Positions 41,010-51,580 of a stretch of 64,000 bases of DNA are shown here, one piece after another. The notes under the pieces are model-generated. The model did no database searches and had not been told where the DNA came from. It worked only from the letters and a program-made list of their open reading frames with translations. The stretch is taken from the NCBI GenBank assembly GCA_963737265.1, contig CAVTRY010000021.1, positions 32,001 to 96,000 on the forward strand, written 5' to 3'. Each line of letters starts with the position of its first letter. The stretch's first letter is position 1. The position numbers were made by a program, and so were the translations under genes. This DNA comes from an uncultured delta proteobacterium. GTDB lineage: Bacteria > Myxococcota_A > Polyangia > Fen-1088.

Positions 41010-41722
41010 CCGCCTCGCATCAGCGTCCTCAGCGTCGGTTGCGCAGGGGTGCCGCCGCCGACCAGAACTTTGTTGGCGATGCCGAAAAAGAGGCCAGTTT
41101 CGATCATGCCGGGGACGGCGTGCAGGGCTTGGTCGACACTGCGCAGGTCGGCGGCGGGGGGAAAGCGGACGTCGAAAAGCAGGTTGCCGTTGTCGGTGAC
41201 GACGGGTCCGTCTTTGCGCAGGCCGATGCGCAGGGTTGGATCGCCGCCAAGGTCGCGGATGGCGCGCTCGACGTAGGCGAGGGCGGCCGGCAGAACTTCG
41301 ACGGGAATGGCGAAGGTGCTGCCAAGTTTATCCACTACCTTGGACTCGTCGACGATGACGACGAAGTCCCTGGCCATGAACGCCGCGATCTTTTCGCGCG
41401 TGTGGGATGCGCCGCCGCCCTTGATGAGGTCGAGGCTGGGATCCACTTCGTCGGCGCCGTCGATGGCCAGGTCGAGGCTGGCTGTGTCCTGCATGTCGCG
41501 CACGGGAATGCCGAGCTTCATGCACAGGATGCGCGACTGGAACGAGGTCGGCACGCCGACGATCTTGATGCCTTCGTTGCGCACCCGGCGGGCGAGCTCC
41601 TCGATGAGGAAGGCCATGGTGGAGCCGGTGCCGATGCCGGCCACCATGCCGTCTTCGATCAGCCGCGCGCCCTGGGCGGCGACGTGTTTCTTGGTCTCGG
41701 GATTACTCTGTGGGTTCTTCAC
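41006..41722 (-). CDS. rpiA: ribose-5-phosphate isomerase A
   Basis: GIGTGST, DGADEVD, IKGGG, REKI, PVVTDNGN. Confidence 0.96.
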   Translation of the reverse strand: MKNPQSNPETKKHVAAQGARLIEDGMVAGIGTGSTMAFLIEELARRVRNEGIKIVGVPTSFQSRILCMKLGIPVRDMQDTASLDLAIDGADEVDPSLDLIKGGGASHTREKIAAFMARDFVVIVDESKVVDKLGSTFAIPVEVLPAALAYVERAIRDLGGDPTLRIGLRKDGPVVTDNGNLLFDVRFPPAADLRSVDQALHAVPGMIETGLFFGIANKVLVGGGTPAQPTLRTLMRGG

Positions 41723-43263
41723 GCCCGCCTCCGCAGCTTGAGTATCTTGGCGAATTTTTCCCTATCCGTGGCGCCGAATTCGCGCAGAAACAGCAGCACG
41801 GCCCCGAATGCGATGCCGGAAACAGCCATGGCAGCCAGGCCGGCGATCTTCCCACGGCCGGGCATCACGCGTCCGAGGCCCGTAGCCAGGGCAGCAGCGG
41901 CGCAAACGCGCAAGACCGAGGTCAAGGGTGGCAGGGTGGCGAAGCGGCGCCACAGATAGACGAGCGCCGCCAGCAGCCCGGCCAGCATGCCGAGTGCGGT
42001 GGCGGTGGCGGCTGCCGTGAGCATAGCCGGGCCAGGTGTCGCGCTGGGGACGATGACAAAGGCGAAAGCGGTGCCCACTGCGAGGGTGAGGGCAACGAGT
42101 CCCACGGCGACGTCGGGTCGGCCCGCCGCGGTCACGATGGAGCACGCAATCGACAGCAGGGCCAGCGCGACGATACCGGCGGCGAGGATGGGCAGGGCCG
42201 CCGCGCCGACCCCGTACGCCGCTGGATAGAGAACAGCAAGCAGAGCCGCCGGGCGCGCGCTAAGGACGACGGCGAGGGCAGCGCCGAGGATGAGGGCGTA
42301 GCGTAGCGTCTGGCGCACGTAGGCCGCGGTGGACTCGCGATCCGCCGCAAAGGTCGCGCGCGAGATTAGGGGAAAGATTACGAAGGTCACGACGAGCAGG
42401 GCCTGATAGGGCAGAAGCGCCAGATTACGCACGGCCTCGTAGGCGCCGGCCAGGGCGTCGGCGCGGGCGCCGGGGGCCGCCGCGCCGGCGAACCGGCGGA
42501 GCAAAAGCAAATCGTAGTTGAGGGCCAAGTTGATGAGCAGGGTGTAGAGCACCACGCCGCCCATGAAGGTGACGAGGCGCCGGGCGGGAAATTTTTCTTC
42601 GCCCGAGCGCAGCCCGCCGGCGCGCATTCCAATGGTCCGGCCGGCGACCAGCAAGATGACGAGCGCGGCGGCGATGAAACCGACGAAGGCGCCTGCCACC
42701 GAATTGCCGAGCATGCGCCCCACCACGGCGCCGGCCAACAGCAGGATCGTCTTCGCGGTCGAGAAGCCGACGTCGAAGCTGGCCTGCAGGCGAAACTTGC
42801 GCAGGCCATTGGCGGTGCCCACATAGACCGCGTAGAAGGCGTAGATAAGCGGAATGGCGGCGACGAGGCGGAAGAGCGAGACATGTTCGGGCGCTTTCAC
42901 GAAGCGGGCGATGACAGGCGCGGCTAGCACGAAGCCGCTGGCGACGAGCAACCCCAGCACCGCCTGCATCCTGAGGCCAGCGCGCTGGACGGTCCCTGCG
43001 CGGGCATCATCCTCGGCGCTGAACTTGGACACCGATTGGATGGTTCCCTGCACCATGGTGTTGTTCACGGTGGAGATGGCGTTGTTCACGACGGAAAACG
43101 CGCCGTATTCCGCCGGGCTGATCACGCGGGCGAGGAGCACGCGCTGCAAGAACCCGGCAACCATGAAGAAGGCCTTGGCGAACCCTATGAAAAGCGCGCC
43201 ACGCCCGGCTTCGACGGCTCGGTCGGGGTGGTCGGTGTCGTTGTGACGGTTGCTGTCGCTCAC
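41719..43263 (-). CDS. MOP-superfamily polysaccharide/lipid II flippase-like membrane protein
   Basis: LARVISPAEYG motif and 12-14 TM helices; start at GTG 43263. Confidence 0.8.
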   Translation of the reverse strand: MSDSNRHNDTDHPDRAVEAGRGALFIGFAKAFFMVAGFLQRVLLARVISPAEYGAFSVVNNAISTVNNTMVQGTIQSVSKFSAEDDARAGTVQRAGLRMQAVLGLLVASGFVLAAPVIARFVKAPEHVSLFRLVAAIPLIYAFYAVYVGTANGLRKFRLQASFDVGFSTAKTILLLAGAVVGRMLGNSVAGAFVGFIAAALVILLVAGRTIGMRAGGLRSGEEKFPARRLVTFMGGVVLYTLLINLALNYDLLLLRRFAGAAAPGARADALAGAYEAVRNLALLPYQALLVVTFVIFPLISRATFAADRESTAAYVRQTLRYALILGAALAVVLSARPAALLAVLYPAAYGVGAAALPILAAGIVALALLSIACSIVTAAGRPDVAVGLVALTLAVGTAFAFVIVPSATPGPAMLTAAATATALGMLAGLLAALVYLWRRFATLPPLTSVLRVCAAAALATGLGRVMPGRGKIAGLAAMAVSGIAFGAVLLFLREFGATDREKFAKILKLRRRA

Positions 43264-43274
43264 GGTGGCGCAGA

Positions 43275-44402
43275 CTACTTCGTCCACGCACCATGCGCGA
43301 GGGCTTCGATGCGCTCGATGACTTCGCCGAGTTGCGCTGCTGGAAGCTCGATGGAGGCTTTCACGCTGGCATCGCGCGCTTCGAGGTGAACGGCTTCGAG
43401 GTAGGGCGAAAGGCCCAAGACCAGCATCTGTGGATGGCGCTTGGCTTGGTTGAGGAAAACCGTCAGCCGGTGGGCCAGGTGGACGGCATCCCCCGTGTTC
43501 GACAGCTCGGCCACAAGCTCGGCGTGCAAGCCGGCATCGGCGTCGGCCAATCCCGACACGCGCATGACCGACGCGGCGTCGGGAAAACGGTCTTGCTGGA
43601 CGATGTCGCGGCGAACTCTTGCGGGAACGACGGCGGCAAACCAGAAGCCGTGGCCGCCGGCGGTGCGCTCGCACAGGCGTCGCAGCTCCGGATTGTCCGC
43701 CACGCTTTGGGTCAGCTTGGAGGCCGTGGCCAGGCTCGCCATGGCTTGGATCCAAGCGCCGTTGCCGACGACGAGCCGATGATGGTCGCGCACCAACGCC
43801 ACCGCGGATTGGCCTATCTGTTTGCGCAGCCAAGTGGTCACGGGCGCATCGTCTAGCCCATCCCCATCGGCGATGACGGCAAATCGGTTGTCCGCCTGCC
43901 GCTCGCCGGGCAGAGCGACGAGCACATGGTGCAGGCGCTCCGTCAGGTTCAGGCCCGAACCGCCCAGGACGGCGCCAAGCCGGGGGCTCGTGTCCCTGAC
44001 CAGGGCAGAGAGGATCGTCTTCCACACGGCCTCGGCGCGCAGACGATCGAGGTCGAGCGAGAGAAGTATTCGGGCGTCGGGAGGAACCAGATTGAGCGCC
44101 GGGATCTCGCGACGAACAGACGCGGTTTCCCCCGCAAGCTCGCTCGGCGAACGGCGACAGCCCGGCGCCCACGACACCAGCACGACCGTGGCGACGATGG
44201 AGGCGCGGGCGAAGCGATGAGATCTTTTTGGCAAGTGGAAACTCGAAACGAAATCGAGCAATGTTATCCCCAACGCAATGGCTTGGTCACGGATGAGCTT
44301 CAAAGGGCAGACGGTGTGGGTGAACTTGGACGACGGCGGCCGGCCCGTCTTGGACAAGGACGGCCGGGCCGAGATGAAGTACCGCGAGGACGATACGCGC
44401 AT
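43275..44402 (-). CDS. hypothetical lipoprotein (true start probably downstream, near 44200-44270)
   Basis: Hydrophobic stretch ending APGC; co-oriented with the flippase; ORF 5' end overlaps rnhA. Confidence 0.6.
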   Translation of the reverse strand: MRVSSSRYFISARPSLSKTGRPPSSKFTHTVCPLKLIRDQAIALGITLLDFVSSFHLPKRSHRFARASIVATVVLVSWAPGCRRSPSELAGETASVRREIPALNLVPPDARILLSLDLDRLRAEAVWKTILSALVRDTSPRLGAVLGGSGLNLTERLHHVLVALPGERQADNRFAVIADGDGLDDAPVTTWLRKQIGQSAVALVRDHHRLVVGNGAWIQAMASLATASKLTQSVADNPELRRLCERTAGGHGFWFAAVVPARVRRDIVQQDRFPDAASVMRVSGLADADAGLHAELVAELSNTGDAVHLAHRLTVFLNQAKRHPQMLVLGLSPYLEAVHLEARDASVKASIELPAAQLGEVIERIEALAHGAWTK

Positions 44403-44940
44403 CTACCGGCCGTCGCCGCAGAACCTTGTGCCCGCGAGCGGCGCGCCGGCGGAAGCCGCCAAGCGTCCCGGCAAGGCTCGCCCGGCAAAAGCGGCGCACG
44501 TTGGAGCGCTGGGCAGCAGCCTGGGAACGATCCAAGTTTGGACCGACGGCGCGTGCTCGGGCAATCCCGGTCCCATGGGCATCGGCGTCGTGGTGATCGC
44601 CGGCGACAAGCGCAAGGAGCATGGCGAATACCTTGGCCGGGGCACGAACAATATAGCCGAGCTGACCGCGATCCAACGTGGGCTGGAGATCGCGCGCGAG
44701 CTGGCGCCGGACACCGGCCGGCCGATTTCCGTCTACAGCGATTCGGCCTACGCCATCGGTCTGCTGTCGCAGGGTTGGAAGGCCAAGGCAAATCAGGAGC
44801 TGGTGGCCGAGCTGCGCCAGTTTTTGCGGGGCTATCCGAGTTTGCGCTGGGTGAAGGTGGATGGGCACGCGGGTGTGCCCGAAAACGAGCGTTGCGACCT
44901 GCTTGCCCGCCAAGCCGTCGCGCAAAACCGCATGCGGTGA
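44278..44940 (+). CDS. rnhA: ribonuclease HI with an extra N-terminal domain
   Basis: TDGACSGNPGP, TNNIAEL, SDSAY, VDGHAG..NERCD. Confidence 0.93.
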   Translation: MAWSRMSFKGQTVWVNLDDGGRPVLDKDGRAEMKYREDDTRIYRPSPQNLVPASGAPAEAAKRPGKARPAKAAHVGALGSSLGTIQVWTDGACSGNPGPMGIGVVVIAGDKRKEHGEYLGRGTNNIAELTAIQRGLEIARELAPDTGRPISVYSDSAYAIGLLSQGWKAKANQELVAELRQFLRGYPSLRWVKVDGHAGVPENERCDLLARQAVAQNRMR

Positions 44941-44966
44941 ATCGCGGATCCTCGGGTGCGGTGCCG

Positions 44967-46352
44967 CTATTGTCCGCGCAGCTGGTCGATACGTCTTTCG
45001 ATGATGGCGCGATCGTTCGCCTTGGGCGAGGCCTTGAGGTAGAGCTTGAGCTGCTTAACCGCCTCGTCTGAATTGCCCAATTGAGCGTACGCCAGGCCGA
45101 GACCGCGGTGACCGGCAGGATCCCTTGGGTTCAATTTGAGCGCTTCGCCGAAGTCGGCGATGGCGCCGGCGGTGTTGCCCTGAAATAGCCTGGTGTTGCC
45201 GCGCTGATAGGCTTCGTTGGCGCGGCGGTAGGCATCTTCGGTCGGTTTGCCCGGCGACGATGGTTTCGCTTCGGCATGGGCGGATGCCGGTTCGACGGCT
45301 TCTCCTTTGGGCTTTTCCGCCGCTGCTGGCTTGGCCGCGCGAGCGGGCTTGGTGGCCGCCGCCGATCTCTCCCTGGGAGCCGGTTTGGTCGCCGGCGCCG
45401 CTGGCTCAGCACTGGAAGCCGGCTCGCCGGGCGGCACGAATGGTGCGAGCGGCGCGGGTTTCTCGGCCGGCGGTGGTGCCTCGGTCACCGGCCGTTCTTT
45501 GCCGCGCAGGACAAACACAGCGATGGCAATCAGGGCCACCACGGCGACGGCGACGATGACGATGATCTTGGTCTTGTTTCCCGAGCCCGCGGGCCGGTTG
45601 AAATCGTCCTCGGCGTCGTCTTCAGCGCGCACCGCTCGCCGCCCCTTGGGAGCTTTCTTGGGCGAGGACTTCGTTCTCGCTCTCGTGGGCGTCGGGCGGT
45701 AGCGCGAATCGTCTTCGTCAGCCGAGGTCTCGGGCTCGTCCACGGCGGCAGCGGAACCGGCGTTGGCATCGCCCGACTGCGAGGCAATCCGTTCGATGTT
45801 CGACAGCGACGGGCCGACCGGAGGCCCCGGCTCGAACATCACCGTGGCTGCGAAGCGAGCCGGAGCCGGCGCTGGTTGGGACGTAGGCGCGCCGAAGGAT
45901 TCGTCGACATTGACGCCGATGTCGGGACCACCTCCGGGAGCGCCGACCGGCGCCGCAGCCGGTTGCTCCGATTGCTGTCGGATAGCGGGTTGGGGGGCTG
46001 CCTCTTGGCGAAGAGTGTTGGGCGCGCTCGATTGGCCGCCGACGGTTTGATCGATTTTTGGGGCTGACTGAGGCGCTGGCTCGGCAACAGGCTTGGCGAC
46101 GGCGCCAGGCATGGGGGCGCCCATTCCCCACAAGATGGTCTTTGCCCCACCGGCCGGCCTGGGCGCCGGAGCGGGCGGGACAGGATGGGCGGGGGCCGCA
46201 GGCTCCGAGAATGGAACCGGAGAGCCGGGCGGCAGGGTCCCGCTCGCAAGCGGCTTGCCGCAGTAAGGGCACCTGCTATTGGGATCGTTCTTTCCCGACC
46301 AGTGCTGGGGCAACGACAAGCGGCAGTTGGGACACTTGACGGGTAGGGTCAT
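44967..46352 (-). CDS. Zn-ribbon / Pro-rich / single-TM / TPR protein
   Basis: CPNC...CPYC, one TM helix, C-terminal TPRs (ALKLNP...HRGLGLAY). Confidence 0.8.
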   Translation of the reverse strand: MTLPVKCPNCRLSLPQHWSGKNDPNSRCPYCGKPLASGTLPPGSPVPFSEPAAPAHPVPPAPAPRPAGGAKTILWGMGAPMPGAVAKPVAEPAPQSAPKIDQTVGGQSSAPNTLRQEAAPQPAIRQQSEQPAAAPVGAPGGGPDIGVNVDESFGAPTSQPAPAPARFAATVMFEPGPPVGPSLSNIERIASQSGDANAGSAAAVDEPETSADEDDSRYRPTPTRARTKSSPKKAPKGRRAVRAEDDAEDDFNRPAGSGNKTKIIVIVAVAVVALIAIAVFVLRGKERPVTEAPPPAEKPAPLAPFVPPGEPASSAEPAAPATKPAPRERSAAATKPARAAKPAAAEKPKGEAVEPASAHAEAKPSSPGKPTEDAYRRANEAYQRGNTRLFQGNTAGAIADFGEALKLNPRDPAGHRGLGLAYAQLGNSDEAVKQLKLYLKASPKANDRAIIERRIDQLRGQ

Positions 46353-47267
46353 AGCGGCCTCGCGAATGGCGAGGTAGGTGCGGCGGGAGCCGCAGGCGCC
46401 GTCGGATAGTCAGGTGCGCTGGGCGTGGCAGGGGCCGCAGGCGCAGTGGGATAGGCAGGGGCCGCAGGCGCAGTCGGATAGTCAGGAACAGCAGGCGCAG
46501 TCGGATAGTCAGGCGTGGGAGCCGCAGGCGCGGTCGGATAGGCAGGCGCGGTAGCCGGCGTCGGCGCCGCGGGGTACGGGGGTGGCTGCGCAGGCGAGTA
46601 GGCCGCAGCGGCAGCCGGACGCGCCGATGGCGGCAACGTTCCGGGCGCGGACGGCGGCAGAGGCGGCGGCGTGGTTGGGGTTGGCGCGACAGCGGCCGGT
46701 GCGGCGGGACTGGGGAAACCCGGAATTCCCACGGCATCGCCGATCAATTTGTCGAGAGCGACGCTCGCGATTGGACCGACGAAGATTCTCGTCGGCACGC
46801 CCAACGACGCCCGGCTTCTCGGCGTCGAAAAGAACGATCTCGAGCTTGGCCGCGTTTTTCTTTTTTTTCTTGCCCTTGCCGGCGTTATCGACCTGGGCCC
46901 ACAGCATGCGGTCTGCCTCGATGAGCTTTGCAATCTTCAGGTAGCATGCGTCGGTAGGTTCCGCGCACTCGGACTGGAGTTGCGCCGTCTCCATGCTGGT
47001 CGATGCCATGATGGCGTCATCCGCGCCGGGTAGCTTTACCCTGGACAGTTTGGTGTTGAGCTCCTCGGCTGTTCCGGGCAACGCCAGCTTGTCGAGCGGC
47101 AGGACCACGAGTCTGGCTTTCTTGGGCGGCGGCGGCGGCGGCGGAAGCGGAGGGGCGGGCCTCATCGCCACCGGCGCCGGTGCCGGCCTCGGGTGCGCGC
47201 AGCCCGCCGCGGCTGTGATCAGGGCCAAGGCTGCGACCAGGACACGAGGGAAAAGTGAGTGGACCAT
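46349..47267 (-). CDS. Pro-rich lipoprotein, apparently frameshifted near 46787
   Basis: Lipobox AAGC; frame of 46509-47267 continues into 46349-46933 if one A is removed at GAC GAG A ATC TTC. Confidence 0.65.
46385..46550 (-). repeat. coding tandem repeat P(A/D)YPTAPA(A/V), five copies
   Basis: ~27-bp units visible in DNA and translation. Confidence 0.8.
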
Positions 47268-47476
47268 CGCATGTCATTTATACCTCATCGCGGAAAAGCG
47301 GGAATGAGGATGCGAACAACAATGTTGGTTCCATCGGACAGCGCGTCGACCGGGGCGGAGTCCCAGGACGTCGCATGAAGGCGGCCGACTGGGTGGGTCG
47401 ACATCCCCGCCGGGGACGGCGAGCTATCCGGTGCTGTGGCAGGCCAAATCGCAAGCGCTTGGAAAAAAAAGAATGA

Positions 47477-47511
47477 CTGAAGAACTGTCCAAAAATTGGA
47501 CAGTTCTTCAG
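47477..47511. repeat. perfect 16-bp inverted repeat
   Basis: CTGAAGAACTGTCCAA-AAA-TTGGACAGTTCTTCAG. Confidence 0.9.
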
Positions 47512-47848
47512 CAGCCGAGCCAAGGGCTCGACCGCAGGTGGGGTGAAGTCCGCGAATTTACTTCGCGGACGAGGGGAGGGCAGCGGCAAGGGCAGCGGCC
47601 CCAGGGCCAACGCATCTAAATTGTAAGTGATCTTGCGGAGATGCCGATAGTTATGCCGGTCTCCGCGCCCGTGCGCGCTGCCGAACCTGCCTGCACACCG
47701 GCGCGCGCACCGACCCCAGGGGAAAACCTTCCAGAAATGGCCGAGACTCTGATGGATCCTGCGTCGATGTAGGATGATGCGATGGCCCTGGCAGCGGCCC
47801 TCCCTTCAAAAATCTTCAAGACGGGTCCATTTATGGACACGTCTTGAG

Positions 47849-48503
47849 ATGACGAGCTGGCCAGCCTCTTGCTTTCTCGCGCTGTCGTTGTCGTGGGCTA
47901 CCTCCTGCAATCATGCCATGGGGCAGTCATCACCCGAGCGAGCCAGCAGCCGGGTGGACAGCGGCGCGGCAGATCTCCGAAATGGTTCGGGGGACTGCGA
48001 ATGTCCGAAAGGGATGGCGTACATCACGGGCGGCTTGTCCTCGAAGTACCTCAGCAAACCACACGCTCTGCGCAGCCGGCTGCGCAACCTATACCCTGGC
48101 ATTCGTCGCGGGCACAGGCGCCTGGACAGCAGGCTCCGGCGTGGTTCACTGGTTTTCTCCGCTGACCAATCTGGTTGGTTCGACTCTCACCTATTCCATG
48201 GCCGTCGACAATCCAGGCGTGCCCCTTCAGGTCCAGTCCTTCGCAATTGGCGATGCGAGCACGAGCTCGGCCTGGAGCCAACCGGCGCAGCTACTGGGTA
48301 CGGATTTGGTGCCCTACGGCGGCGCGAATGGGCTTAAGGACTTCAGTCTGGAAATTGCCGATCACGCTATTCCCGGCCAGGGCACCTTCTGCGCGTCGGC
48401 CGCCGCGGGTATTGGCATGTATTTGGAAAGCGCGGACGCCATCACCACCTCGAACGCAGGAACCGTGACGGTGTACATCGGCAAAGTCTCGATTGGGCCG
48501 TAG
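47849..48503 (+). pseudogene. exported beta-rich lipoprotein with a frameshift near 48045
   Basis: Signal MTSW...ATSC in one frame; beta-sandwich-like remainder (ending YIGKVSIGP) in another. Confidence 0.5.
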
Positions 48504-48723
48504 GGCAGCCCTTTCAAGGTGTTGAGAAGCCCGCCACTAAACCGGGATTTGCTTCCCGGCGGCCGGGCAGCGGCCGCATCGCCTCGCCCCGCGGTCACGC
48601 GGGCGAGGGCGTGGCGAAGCCGCGGGGGCAGGGGTAGGGCGTGAAGGACCCGAAACGCTATCCCGATGTCAACTGGGCGCGGCTAGAAATTCAGCGACGA
48701 CAACGAGACTGGCACCTGGTGCT

Positions 48724-48900
48724 GGCGTCGCCAGCCTCGATAGCGCCATCGCACGTATTTGCGAGATGGGCTGCACGATGGTTCTCTGTCCTGGCGATTT
48801 ACTCGACGGCGTGGAGCCGTTCAGCGAGGAGGCAGTCCAGCGGATGAAAGCCAAGAACGTGGTCACAATTCTGGGCAATCACGAGCGCTGGGTGCATAGC
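48724..48900 (+). pseudogene. metallophosphoesterase remnant
   Basis: LCPGDLLD...ILGNHERW motifs; the N-terminal DxH and the C-terminal half are missing. Confidence 0.55.
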
Positions 48901-49262
48901 CAAATCGAAGGGGGTAATTCGGGTCCGAGAACCCGTGCCTCCCTGCGCCATCGCGCTACGCGCCTGAAATGCCCAGCGGGGCCGTGATTCGCGTGGCGAA
49001 AGGCCAATTTGGACCACGGGGCGCAGTCTAGCCATTGCGTTCCGGCCGAGGCCGCCTTGAGAGTTCGGGCCAAGAAATATGCTTTGAGGTGTTCTTGGTC
49101 CTGCCTTGTCGTCGGCGAACGCGGGTGCGGCGGGCGAGGGAACGAAGCCGCTGCGTGAAGTGACTGCGCTTTTGGGCGGCGCGTCGCCGGCCATCGAAAA
49201 GGGCGACGACACTGTCAAGTGTGAACCTCCCCGCTCGTGTGATATACGCTGCCTCTCTAACC

Positions 49263-49925
49263 ATGGCCGCCGCAGCGTTCTATGATTTGGACGGCACCCT
49301 CTGTCGCACGAATCTGGTCCACGCGTTCGCGTACAACGCACGCAACCAGCAGGGGATCCTGCGCAGTCTCACCCGCACGTTGTCGACCGCCGCGGGGATT
49401 CCCGCCTTCATGGCCGCGGACTTTTTCGACCGCAGGCTTTTCAACGACATCTTCTTTCGCCGCTATCGTGGTGAGTCGGAAGATCGGTTGCGCTACCTCG
49501 CCGAGGAGCTGTTCGACGAGGTCATCAAGCCGGCGATCTTTCCCGGCGCGTACCAGCTCATCGCCAAGTCGCGCGAGCTCGGGCTGCGCCAGGTCCTGGT
49601 GACGGGCGCGCTCGACCTAACCGCGCTTCCGCTGCGGCGCCACCTCGGTTTCGACGACATGGTGACCAACCATCTGGAGTTCGTCGACGGCAAGGCGACC
49701 GGTCGCCTGTTGCCGCCGGTGATGGCGGCCGCCACCAAGGCGAACTGGATCCGCATCTACGCCGAAAAAGAGGGGCTGAATCTCTCCGAATGCTATAGCT
49801 ACTCGGACAGCATGAGCGACCTGCCCATGCTCTCCGTCGTCGGCCACCCCACGGTGGTGAACCCCGACTTCCGCCTCAAAAACACGGCCCTGCAACACGA
49901 TTGGCCGATTCTCGACCTGCGATAG
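49263..49925 (+). CDS. HAD-IB family phosphatase (elb cluster)
   Basis: FYDLDGTL, VTGA, YSDSMSDLPML...VNPD. Confidence 0.9.
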   Translation: MAAAAFYDLDGTLCRTNLVHAFAYNARNQQGILRSLTRTLSTAAGIPAFMAADFFDRRLFNDIFFRRYRGESEDRLRYLAEELFDEVIKPAIFPGAYQLIAKSRELGLRQVLVTGALDLTALPLRRHLGFDDMVTNHLEFVDGKATGRLLPPVMAAATKANWIRIYAEKEGLNLSECYSYSDSMSDLPMLSVVGHPTVVNPDFRLKNTALQHDWPILDLR

Positions 49926-49938
49926 CGAAAACAAAAAG

Positions 49939-51564
49939 ATGACCAAGCGCGAACCCAAGGCTCTGCGGGGACCGACACCCCGTCACAAGGAAGGCGACGA
50001 GGTCGTCTACATCGACAGCGACTCGGCGCCGCGACTGATTTTTTCGGGCGTGGACGTGCTGTGCGAAGACCTGCCCATCGGCACGCGCGTGGTGTACGGC
50101 AAGGCGCCCATCGAGGGGCTCAACAATCCCGGCGCCGCCGTTCGCTACGCCATCAACCATCCCCTCGACGCCGATCCGCTCTACGCCCAGCTTGCGCCCG
50201 GCATGCGCGTGACCATCGCCATCGACGATATCAGCCTGCCCCTGCCGCCCATGCGCACGCCGGACATCCGCCAGACGATCATCGAGATCTTGCTCGAGCT
50301 GCTCGACGCCAACGGCGTCGACGACATTCATCTCGTCATCGCCAATTCGCTGCACCGGCGCCTGACCGAGGCCGAGATGAAGCGCATGGTGGGCAAGAAG
50401 ATCCACGACGCTTTCTACCCGGACAGGTACTACAACCACGACGCCGAGGATGCCGACGGCATCGTTCATCTCGGCAAGACCGCGCTCGGCGAGGTGGTCA
50501 ACATCAACCGCCGCGCGGTCGAGAGCGACCTCGTCATCTACGTAAACATCAATCTCGTGCCCATGGACGGCGGGCACAAGTCGGTGGCGGTGGGGCTGTG
50601 CGACTACGAAAGCCTGCGCGTGCATCACGATCCCGAGACCATCCTCGGCTGCGATAGCTACATGGATCCGCCGCGCTCGCTGATGAACACCAAGATCGAA
50701 CGCCAGGGCGCCCTGGTCGACCAGCACATGAAGGTGTTCCACATCGAAACCGCGCTCAACAACCGCATGTTCGGCGGCGCTACCGACTTCCTCGGCCGGA
50801 ACGAGGACGAGTTTTCGGAAATCGACCGCCTGAAGTACGAGGCCCTGCGCTTCACCCTATCGAAACTGCCGATCGCCGCCAAGCGGAAGATTTTTCAAGC
50901 CATCCCGGCGGAATACGAGCTGGTGGCCTGCTACGCGGGCAAGACCGAACCGGTGCACCAGCGCATTCTGGCCAAGCTCAACGACCAGTACATGGTCAGC
51001 CTCAAGGGTCAAAGCGACATCGTCATTTTTCCGGTGCCGTACATTTCCCCCTACAACGTCAATTCGATCCTGAATCCCATCTTGGTGCAGGTGATGGGCA
51101 TGGGCTATTTCCACAATTTCTATCGCGGCAAGCCCGTGGTGCGAAAGGGTGGGGCGGTGATTTTGTGTCACCCTTGCCACGACGAATTCGATCACAAGTT
51201 CCACCCAAGCTACATCGAGTTCTTCAATCGCCTGCTGCCCGAAACGCGCGACGCGAACAAGCTGCGACACAAGTACGAAGAAGAATTCGCGCGCAACCCG
51301 AGCTACATCGAGATGTACCGGCGCGGAAACGCCTACCACGGCGCGCATCCCTTCTTCATGTGGTACTGGGGCGAGAACGGCCGTCAGCACGCGGGTAAGG
51401 TCATCGTCGCCGGCGCCCAGAACGCCCACGTGCCCGCGCGCATGGGCTGGGAGCGCACCGATTCGCTCACCGAGGCAATTTCGGTTGCGCGCAGCTTCGT
51501 CGGCCCGTCGGCGTCCATCACCTTGATGAAGTGGCCCCCGATTTTGATGGCGGATGTCGAGTAG
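49939..51564 (+). CDS. LarA-like N-terminal (DUF2088) domain protein (elb cluster)
   Basis: IAIDDISLP, IANSLHR, NHDAED, GGHKS pattern of the lactate racemase N-domain. Confidence 0.75.
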   Translation: MTKREPKALRGPTPRHKEGDEVVYIDSDSAPRLIFSGVDVLCEDLPIGTRVVYGKAPIEGLNNPGAAVRYAINHPLDADPLYAQLAPGMRVTIAIDDISLPLPPMRTPDIRQTIIEILLELLDANGVDDIHLVIANSLHRRLTEAEMKRMVGKKIHDAFYPDRYYNHDAEDADGIVHLGKTALGEVVNINRRAVESDLVIYVNINLVPMDGGHKSVAVGLCDYESLRVHHDPETILGCDSYMDPPRSLMNTKIERQGALVDQHMKVFHIETALNNRMFGGATDFLGRNEDEFSEIDRLKYEALRFTLSKLPIAAKRKIFQAIPAEYELVACYAGKTEPVHQRILAKLNDQYMVSLKGQSDIVIFPVPYISPYNVNSILNPILVQVMGMGYFHNFYRGKPVVRKGGAVILCHPCHDEFDHKFHPSYIEFFNRLLPETRDANKLRHKYEEEFARNPSYIEMYRRGNAYHGAHPFFMWYWGENGRQHAGKVIVAGAQNAHVPARMGWERTDSLTEAISVARSFVGPSASITLMKWPPILMADVE

Positions 51565-51580
51565 GCACGGCGGGCAAGCC

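Noticed and set aside
43264-44172. N-terminal extension of the flippase ORF
   Set aside because: Off-frame overlap with the upstream lipoprotein gene
48641-48847. Short ORF with YPDVNW resembling HepT/DUF86 toxins
   Set aside because: No RxxxxH motif and no adjacent nucleotidyltransferase gene
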